From NCBI GenBank assembly GCA_964512635.1, contig CAZEJB010000004.1:51822-115821 (forward strand): a DNA stretch of 64,000 nt, written 5' to 3'. The DNA is from an uncultured Planctomycetales bacterium (GTDB taxonomy: Bacteria; 4484-113; JAFGCY01). Below the pieces are notes generated by a model. It made no database searches, was not told where the DNA came from, and saw only the letters and a program-made list of their open reading frames with translations. Positions 57,683 to 64,000 of the stretch are shown here, piece by piece; the stretch's first letter is position 1; each line of letters starts with the position of its first letter. The position numbers were made by a program, and so were the translations under genes.

Positions 57683-58306
57683 CTATTTGCCGGAATCTGC
57701 TCCGGGTTCAGCATCCGCCTCATCCTTGGCATCGCTGTTCTTGCTCTTCCCGCCCTTGGCCTTACGTGAAGTGGCCTTCTCCCTTTCCGCCTCATGCTGC
57801 TTTTCGAACTCAACCATCGGCGGCGGTGCAAGAGTGGCGGGGAAGGCGCCATAAGCGCTTATCTCGGCCTCTGAACCGGAATAGATGTACCAGTTCAGGC
57901 CGACTTTGACCCAGCGCAGTGGCTGCTGCACTGCAAAGGCGTCGCCAAGCGCAGGATCAACCACGCTCCAGGCGAATTTGTCCTCGCTTGTGATCAGGAC
58001 ATTCCTGCCATGAGCCAATGGGTAGCGAGTGTTGGGCTTGGTCGCCTTGCGTCGCGATTCATCCAGCTGTCGCAGGTCGTCGCGGCTGAATTTCTTCTTG
58101 TATGCCGGGCTAAGGTAAGACGAGTAGGCCTGTTTCGGGTAGCGGCCAATCAGGTAGTTGTAATACTGCGCGGCCCGGCCTTCGAGCCCACCGACGACCC
58201 CGCAGGAGCCCAGCAGCAGCAGGCCGGCCAGCAGGGCCAGGCAGAAACACACGCGGATCGCTGACAGCAGGCGTAGCTTGCTCACGGCCTCATTATATCC
58301 ACACAA
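57683..58306 (-). CDS. hypothetical lipoprotein with Lys-rich C-terminal tail
   Basis: LLAGLLLLGSC lipobox. C-terminal KAKGGKSKNSDAKDEADAE low complexity. Confidence 0.4.
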   Translation of the reverse strand: MCGYNEAVSKLRLLSAIRVCFCLALLAGLLLLGSCGVVGGLEGRAAQYYNYLIGRYPKQAYSSYLSPAYKKKFSRDDLRQLDESRRKATKPNTRYPLAHGRNVLITSEDKFAWSVVDPALGDAFAVQQPLRWVKVGLNWYIYSGSEAEISAYGAFPATLAPPPMVEFEKQHEAEREKATSRKAKGGKSKNSDAKDEADAEPGADSGK

Positions 58307-58330
58307 GTGAATATCGACGCACGGCAGGCC

Positions 58331-58852
58331 TCAGTGACCGCCGATGGCCTTCTGTTCGATCATCCATTGAATGGCCTGGCTGCCGCTCAGCACGGCGATA
58401 GTAACAAGTGCCGCGGCGATGATCTGCCCGATGACGACCGCCATCAGGTAGTGCCGCAGGTTGATGCCAAGCAGATAAGCACCAATGGTAGCGGTGTAGA
58501 GTCCGCTGCCAGGTCCGGGAATGGCGACCAGAATCAGAAGTCCCCAATGACCCCAGCGCTCCATAGGCTTGTGGAGCTTCTCTCTCACTTTTGCTTCATA
58601 CCAGTCCCAGAGCCTGGCAAACCACCGCATCCGGCGCAGGAGGTTGACACCGGCGCTCATAAAGAGATATGCGAGGGGCGAAACAAGCCAGTTTGTCAGC
58701 AGAGCGACTGTGACCACGGCCCAGGGTTGGAGCTTGGTGGCCAGCAGTCCATATGGGATGGACGCACTGAGTTCCAGAGTGGGCGTGATACTGAGCAGTG
58801 CGATGCGCAGCACGGGGGGAATGCTCTCGAGCCAGCTGAAAAATGCCTCCAA
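58331..58852 (-). CDS. small multi-TM membrane protein (small multidrug export / COG2426-like)
   Basis: 173 aa with 4-5 TM helices. PGPGSGLYTATIGAYLLG resembles the family G-S-G-x-W-T-G motif. Assignment from memory. Confidence 0.4.
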   Translation of the reverse strand: MEAFFSWLESIPPVLRIALLSITPTLELSASIPYGLLATKLQPWAVVTVALLTNWLVSPLAYLFMSAGVNLLRRMRWFARLWDWYEAKVREKLHKPMERWGHWGLLILVAIPGPGSGLYTATIGAYLLGINLRHYLMAVVIGQIIAAALVTIAVLSGSQAIQWMIEQKAIGGH

Positions 58853-58926
58853 GGGCCGGGATTGTAACAGAAAGGCCGGCAGATGAAGGACTCACCTGCC
58901 GGCCATCGAAGGCTCTGTTCTGCTGC

Positions 58927-59568
58927 CTAGGCAGCGTTTGGCAGCTGGGAGTACTCGGCAGGGGCCTCATAGTCCAGCAACTCAACCCGCCCGGTCTCAA
59001 GGTAGTAGTAGGCTCCAACCACCTTGATCGTCCCATGGCTCACCATGTGGGCCAGGATCGGCTCGCTTTCCCGCAGGCGGGTGACAACCTGACGCACGTT
59101 CTCGCGCACCGCGTTCTCAACCGGATCTCCCGGCTGGCCGCTGGTAGCCTTGACCGCGGGGCGGATGTGTTCTACCAGGCTGAGAATGTGGCCCGGTGCT
59201 CCGCCGCTCTGGCAGGCCGCACCAACCGCTCCGCAGCGCTCGTGCCCCATCACCACAATCACACTGGAGCCCAGGTGTTCGACAGCATATTCCAGGCTGC
59301 CGATCACCGCGCTGTCGGCGATGTTTCCTGCGACGCGGCAGACAAACAGGTCGCCAAGTCGGCAGTCGAACACTTCGCTGAGCATGATCCGCGAATCGGA
59401 GCAGCTCAGGACGGCTGCGAAGGGATGCTGCTCGTAGGCAGTGGCCGATCTGCGGTCCTGGTCATTTCCGCTGCGGCGCACCTTGCCGTCGCGATAGCGC
59501 TGGTTGCCGGTCATCAGGTGGTTGATGACGAAATCAGGGTTGCTGGGTTCCCACTTGCGGTTGCTCAT
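58927..59568 (-). CDS. beta-class carbonic anhydrase
   Basis: Zinc ligand motifs CSDSR and HERCGAV. ATG at 59568 (MSNRKWEPSNPDFVINHL) sits 10 bp downstream of the MCP stop, with a GGAG RBS. The 70 upstream codons of the track ORF are Arg-rich and overlap the MCP. Confidence 0.8.
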   Translation of the reverse strand: MSNRKWEPSNPDFVINHLMTGNQRYRDGKVRRSGNDQDRRSATAYEQHPFAAVLSCSDSRIMLSEVFDCRLGDLFVCRVAGNIADSAVIGSLEYAVEHLGSSVIVVMGHERCGAVGAACQSGGAPGHILSLVEHIRPAVKATSGQPGDPVENAVRENVRQVVTRLRESEPILAHMVSHGTIKVVGAYYYLETGRVELLDYEAPAEYSQLPNAA

Positions 59569-59578
59569 TGGCTGGCTC

Positions 59579-61459
59579 CTAGACCTTGAACTTGGACACG
59601 ATTTCCTGGAGCTCAGTGCTGAGCTTGGCGAGGCTGGAGGCACTGCCGGCGATCTCTTCCGTGCTCGCCGTCTGTTCCTCCATGGCGCTGCTGACTTCCT
59701 CCGAGGCTGCGGCGTTCTGTTCAGCGACCGCAGCCACAGCCTGCATCGAGTTAACGACTTCAGAGGTGCTGGCATTGATCTGCTCAGCGGCGGCGCTGAT
59801 GCTCTGGACCTTTTCGCTCAGGGCTTCGACGCCCTTCACGATTTCACCAAGCACCCGCGAGGCCTGAGTGACAGTCTGAGCGCCGGCTGTAACCTCCTGG
59901 TCGCTCTTTTCCATCGCGGCCAGGGCAGCCTGCATCTCGGACTCGATGCCCTTGACCAGGTTAGTGATGCTGCCGGCAGCGGAGTTGCTTTCCTCGGCCA
60001 GCTTGCGCACTTCCTCGGCGACAACCGCGAATCCGCGGCCGGCCTCACCGGCGCGAGCAGCCTCGATAGCCGCGTTAAGGGCCAGCAGGTTGGTCTGGTC
60101 GGCGATGCCAGTGATGATGCTGATGAAGTCTCCAATCTGCTTGGTCTTGGTACCCAGCGATTCGACCACCTGAGCAGTCTGCTGAACGCTTCCGGCTGCG
60201 TGATTGATGATGTCCATCGCCTCATCGGCGCTGCGCTTGCCATCGGTGCCGTGGGTGGCCGCCTGGGTGGCGTAGGCTGCGACCTCTTCAATATCGCGGC
60301 TGACCATCTCGATCGCCTGGGCGTTCTGGCGCAGGTTTTCCTGAGCCATAACTACGTTCGATGTGGTGTCCTGGCTGCCGCGGGCGACTTCCTGAACTGT
60401 ATAGCTGACAGACTGAGCAGCCTTGCCGGTCTCTTCGGCACTGGCCGAAAGCTCCTGGCTGGCAGCTGCCACATGGGTTGCCGCTTCTCCGACCTGCTGG
60501 ATCAGGCGCTTGGTGTTGTTCTTCATCTCAATGAAGGCTTCAGTCATGACACCAATCTCGTCCTGGGCCTTGTTGTGAGGCAGGATTATGCTGAAGTCAC
60601 CCATGCTCATTGTGTGGGCCGCGCCGCTGAGCATACGCAGCGGCTTGCCAATCATCATGCCGATGCCGATGCTGAGCAAAAGGACAAAGGCTATGACAAT
60701 CCCGGAGGCAGTCATAAAGGAACCCTTGTTGGCCTCATTTACAGCGGTCGTGATTGTGTGAGCTTCCTGAATGACCTCAAATGCTCCGTGAGCCATGCCG
60801 GGCTTCCAGTTTTCCATCTGGTAGCCAAGCGGGTCCTTCCCGTCGCCAGTCTTGGAGGTTGCAGGATCACCGTGGCATAACATACATTCCTGGGTCAACA
60901 CAACTGCACGTGCAAAGCGCAGCTTGCCGTCCTTACCGCCCTTATAGCCAGGGATGGCCTTCCCCTTCAGCCAGGTGCCATCAGCCGGGACGGTTTCGTA
61001 CAGAACGCCTTCCTGTGCAAAAACGGAAGCGTTCTCCTTCCCCTGCTTGTTAACCTGCTCCTCGAGGTATGCCAGCATGGCTTTCTCGGTTTCGTCAGGT
61101 TCGTTGTCCGGGTTGCGCGGGTCGTTGGCAGGAACCTTGAACTCGTAACCCGACTCTTCGGCCTTGGTCTGGCCGACAGTCCAGCCGGCAACAACCGGAA
61201 CCGTCCAGTAGTAGCGGTCAAGGATGCTGTCTTTGGTTGCCAGCAACTCTTCTTCCTTGAATACGTCATGTTTGCCGCGCAGTTCGGCAACATAGTTGCG
61301 AGCGTTCTCAGCTTCCTGCGTAATGGCAACACCCTTGGCGACCACCTGATTGCAGATGCGCCGACGGACGCCACTTGCGCTGATAAACGCGTTGACGGCA
61401 AATGCAATGACGACCATCACGCAAACGGCGATGATGATCTTCGCTCCTACGCTCTTCAT
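59579..61459 (-). CDS. methyl-accepting chemotaxis protein with periplasmic c-type-heme (CXXCH) sensor domain
   Basis: N-terminal TM, ~200-aa periplasmic domain containing CMLCHGDP, second TM, HAMP, and an MCP signalling domain with the highly conserved [41 protein letters not shown]. Confidence 0.85.
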   Translation of the reverse strand: MKSVGAKIIIAVCVMVVIAFAVNAFISASGVRRRICNQVVAKGVAITQEAENARNYVAELRGKHDVFKEEELLATKDSILDRYYWTVPVVAGWTVGQTKAEESGYEFKVPANDPRNPDNEPDETEKAMLAYLEEQVNKQGKENASVFAQEGVLYETVPADGTWLKGKAIPGYKGGKDGKLRFARAVVLTQECMLCHGDPATSKTGDGKDPLGYQMENWKPGMAHGAFEVIQEAHTITTAVNEANKGSFMTASGIVIAFVLLLSIGIGMMIGKPLRMLSGAAHTMSMGDFSIILPHNKAQDEIGVMTEAFIEMKNNTKRLIQQVGEAATHVAAASQELSASAEETGKAAQSVSYTVQEVARGSQDTTSNVVMAQENLRQNAQAIEMVSRDIEEVAAYATQAATHGTDGKRSADEAMDIINHAAGSVQQTAQVVESLGTKTKQIGDFISIITGIADQTNLLALNAAIEAARAGEAGRGFAVVAEEVRKLAEESNSAAGSITNLVKGIESEMQAALAAMEKSDQEVTAGAQTVTQASRVLGEIVKGVEALSEKVQSISAAAEQINASTSEVVNSMQAVAAVAEQNAAASEEVSSAMEEQTASTEEIAGSASSLAKLSTELQEIVSKFKV

Positions 61460-61706
61460 TCCTGTCTCCTACGCGGACGACGAAAGTAATCTCGCTACAG
61501 TTATCGGCTTTGGTTTAGTTGCACTGGAACCAAGTAGACGCTGTGACAAAAATTTTCCTTTTGGCGACAGCTGGCTGCTATTGGGCCAAGCACGCGAAGC
61601 CCATGTTCGGGGAGAGGTGACCCTTAGTCGGCGGCGCACGGAGGAGCAAGCTCCCTGCAAAGAGCTACGACGAGCTAACAGGTGTGGCCTGGCCTTGCAT
61701 TAAGGC

Positions 61707-62249
61707 CTAATCCGTAACAAGTCCAGTAAAAATCAGGTCGCTGCGCGAAGGCGGCTCAGTTCCCCGGCTGCGCAGAAGGTGCGCTACTCCGCCCAGATGC
61801 CAGACGCAGTGCGTGGCTGCATGAGTCAGCGCCAAGGCTGTACTTACCTTGAGTATCCCGGCTGAACGCGTCTTGAACTCGATGATCCGGGGCCAGTCAC
61901 TGACCGAAACTGAGCTGCAGACTTCGCGATGACGCATCAGGCAGGCCCAGGCATGCGTGCTTAAGGCCGACCAGTCCTCGATGCTCACCCCGACGTCGTC
62001 TATTGGGTCAGCACCGGCAACCTGATCCGAATAGCGATGCAGCGGCGTGAAGGCGTGGCGCATGAAGCTGCCGATCTGAGGGAAGGCGGGGTTTCCACTT
62101 TCTATACGCAGCCAGGATTGATCCCGGGGTGTGGCCCACGCATCCCATCCGGCCAGTTGGTATTCAAGCCAGCCGGATAGTGCGGGAAGATGATCACCCG
62201 TAACCAGAGCCGGATGTGCAGGTGGGACACTGTTCTGTGCGAGGTCCAT
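61707..62249 (-). CDS. hypothetical protein (possibly DinB/YfiT-like four-helix bundle)
   Basis: 180 aa with scattered His residues (HAFTPLH, THAATHCVWHLGG). Weak, from memory. Confidence 0.25.
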   Translation of the reverse strand: MDLAQNSVPPAHPALVTGDHLPALSGWLEYQLAGWDAWATPRDQSWLRIESGNPAFPQIGSFMRHAFTPLHRYSDQVAGADPIDDVGVSIEDWSALSTHAWACLMRHREVCSSVSVSDWPRIIEFKTRSAGILKVSTALALTHAATHCVWHLGGVAHLLRSRGTEPPSRSDLIFTGLVTD

Positions 62250-62316
62250 AGTTGAATTTTACTCTTGGGCGGGCATTTATCAAGCTGTCCTGGCAGATAA
62301 ACAGTGAGGAAGCAGC

Positions 62317-64000
62317 CTAGTCCCGTGGGGTTTGCACAGCGGCGCCCTGGGCGGCGCGTCCAGTCCTTGAGGTCTCATAACATGGTATGCCCATGATTCG
62401 ACACCAGGCGACTGTAATGGCATTGACGAAGCCGCCTTCGCCGCGCAGCCGGCCGCTCATCTGGCTCAGGACTTCTTCATCAGCCACCCGCATTTGACTG
62501 CGATAGCGGCTGCGCAGCTGGGCCACCGTCGGCAGATGAAACAGAACCCATAAATGGGCCAGCATCAGGCCCGGCCATTCCATCGGCTGGCGCAGGAGCG
62601 TCCAGAAATAGCCCAGCAGGTGCTGGAGCAGCATTACGGGCGCCAGGCGCAGCAGCACGCTGGCAGGTTGCCAGATCAGCATCCGCATCAACCGGTTGCG
62701 CTCCTGATAAAAGCGCAGGCGCACCTTGCCCAGGCTTCGCGAGGTGGCGTTATGCAGGTGCACGGCCGCCGCTCGCGGTTCCTTGATGATTCGGCGTCCG
62801 GTAGCCCGGAGGTGATTGCCAAGGAAGTTATCCTCGTGATAAGCAAAAAACAGTGTCGGAAACAACTCAGGCGCCAGCTCATCGATCACCTCGCGACTGA
62901 TCAGGCACAGTCCACCGCTGGGATAAAACGCCGGTTTTAAGCTGGATGCGCCGGGGCTAAGCTGCGATGTTTCAGTCGCTGGATACAAATCTCCTGCGCG
63001 GTAGCCGAAGAGGGTGGTGCCATGGTTTCGATACGACTCCTGCAAAGCCTGGGCCAGACGCGGCGGCATGTCCCAAACTACGTCTTCAGGGTCTTCTTCC
63101 AGTTCAAGGCGCAGGGCTTGGACGGCGGGCGCGATCAGCTCAACATCTCCGATGTTAACCAGCCGTCCACTGACCGCGTCGGCGCCGCTCAGTCGCGCGG
63201 CGTACACAAGGCGTTTGATGCAATCCTCGTCCAGCACGCAGTCATTGTTGACCAGCACGACAAAATCGCCCTGAGCCAAAGGCAGTCCCCAGTTAACTCC
63301 GCCGGCAAAGCCCTGATTGCGTGGCAGACGGAGGATCCTGATCCTGCTGTTGCCAACCTGCGCTGTCTGCCCGGGGGCAATTCCAAGGTCCAGCCGCAGC
63401 AGCTCGGCCTCGTCGGTGTCGCTGCCGTTGTCGACTATCACTATCTCGATCTGGTCGTAGCTCTGGGCCAGGATTGAATCCAGGCAGCGCCGGGTCATGT
63501 TCAGCCCGTTCCAGTTAAGGACGATTATCGACACGAGGCCGGATACGGCTGCCCCGCCTGCCGAGTACTCCGGAGTCTCGCCGGTGGGCGTCTGAGCCCG
63601 TGGTGGTGGGCGGAGGCCATAAGGGCGGAACATGGCCTGCACTTGGCGCGAACTTACGTTACGTTGACCGGAAGCCAGCCAGCGCGCTGCCAGGGCCCCC
63701 GGCAGATGCCAGAAGAAAAGCAGGCCAGCGGGCCAGAGATATGGCGTGGACAGAACCTTGAAACTATGCAGCGCTTCGTAGGCAAGGATCGGCAGTGCGG
63801 AGTGCAGCTGGCCCGCCAATGTGTCATTCTTGACCAGCATCAGATAGCGGTTTTTCTCCGCCAACATTCTGATCTTCCAGCGGCCGCGGCCACCGCTTCC
63901 ATGGACGTGGTGATAGGCTACACAGCGCGGTTCATAGTAGGCAAGCCAGCCACTCAGCTGAGCGCGCCAATCCAGATCAACGTCCTCAAAGTAGGCAAAA
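62317..64000 (-). CDS. two-domain family-2 glycosyltransferase, 5'-partial (continues past window end)
   Basis: The frame stays open upstream of the track M at 63867 to nt 64000, encoding FAYFEDVDLDWRAQ...YHHVHGSGG (C-terminal signature of a GT2 domain). A linker follows, then a second GT2 domain: SIIVLNWNGLNMTRRCLDSILAQSY, IVDNGSDTDE. Confidence 0.65.
   Translation of the reverse strand, partial: FAYFEDVDLDWRAQLSGWLAYYEPRCVAYHHVHGSGGRGRWKIRMLAEKNRYLMLVKNDTLAGQLHSALPILAYEALHSFKVLSTPYLWPAGLLFFWHLPGALAARWLASGQRNVSSRQVQAMFRPYGLRPPPRAQTPTGETPEYSAGGAAVSGLVSIIVLNWNGLNMTRRCLDSILAQSYDQIEIVIVDNGSDTDEAELLRLDLGIAPGQTAQVGNSRIRILRLPRNQGFAGGVNWGLPLAQGDFVVLVNNDCVLDEDCIKRLVYAARLSGADAVSGRLVNIGDVELIAPAVQALRLELEEDPEDVVWDMPPRLAQALQESYRNHGTTLFGYRAGDLYPATETSQLSPGASSLKPAFYPSGGLCLISREVIDELAPELFPTLFFAYHEDNFLGNHLRATGRRIIKEPRAAAVHLHNATSRSLGKVRLRFYQERNRLMRMLIWQPASVLLRLAPVMLLQHLLGYFWTLLRQPMEWPGLMLAHLWVLFHLPTVAQLRSRYRSQMRVADEEVLSQMSGRLRGEGGFVNAITVAWCRIMGIPCYETSRTGRAAQGAAVQTPRD

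Noticed and set aside
58927-59775. Arg-rich 70-aa N-terminal extension on the carbonic anhydrase
   Set aside because: It would overlap the 3' end of the MCP gene by ~200 bp. The internal ATG at 59568 has a GGAG RBS and gives a normal-length beta-CA.
1-64000. CRISPR arrays, integrases, transposases, rRNA genes
   Set aside because: No run of regularly spaced direct repeats, no tyrosine/serine recombinase or DDE transposase motifs, and no rRNA-like conserved sequence were seen anywhere in the window.

Overview
High-GC (~63%) bacterial chromosomal segment, probably from a diderm organism, judging by the many lipoboxes, the C-terminal-Phe outer-membrane barrel and the BatA-like operon. Most of it is housekeeping: hflX, an M1 aminopeptidase, OsmC, a PaiB-like regulator, a NUDIX hydrolase, deoB, ruvB, def, a 5'-3' exonuclease, glyA, mfd, citrate synthase, an acyl-CoA carboxylase biotin carboxylase plus BCCP piece, a beta-carbonic anhydrase, and four tRNAs (Pro-GGG, Leu-GAG, Lys-CTT, Met-CAT). 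Mixed in are envelope and polysaccharide genes (a pyruvyl transferase, a cytidylyltransferase, GT2 glycosyltransferases, a BatA/VWA-PQQ-ABC-2 operon) and many exported proteins or lipoproteins of unknown function. The standout is a compact array at 31.2-39.4 kb of six diverged paralogs of the PaaK/CapK/coenzyme-F390-synthetase adenylate-forming family. It is wedged between ruvB-def and a 5'-3' exonuclease, arranged as two forward and four reverse genes meeting at overlapping stop codons, and has no partner biosynthetic genes. Second is a ~3.4 kb lower-GC islet bounded by tRNA-Leu and tRNA-Lys that holds an HTH protein and two tandem paralogous proteins of unknown function. Third is a methyl-accepting chemotaxis protein whose periplasmic sensor carries a c-type heme CXXCH motif, 10 bp upstream of a beta-carbonic anhydrase. 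I found no CRISPR array, integrase, transposase or rRNA. Most long antisense ORFs in the track look like GC-driven artefacts.
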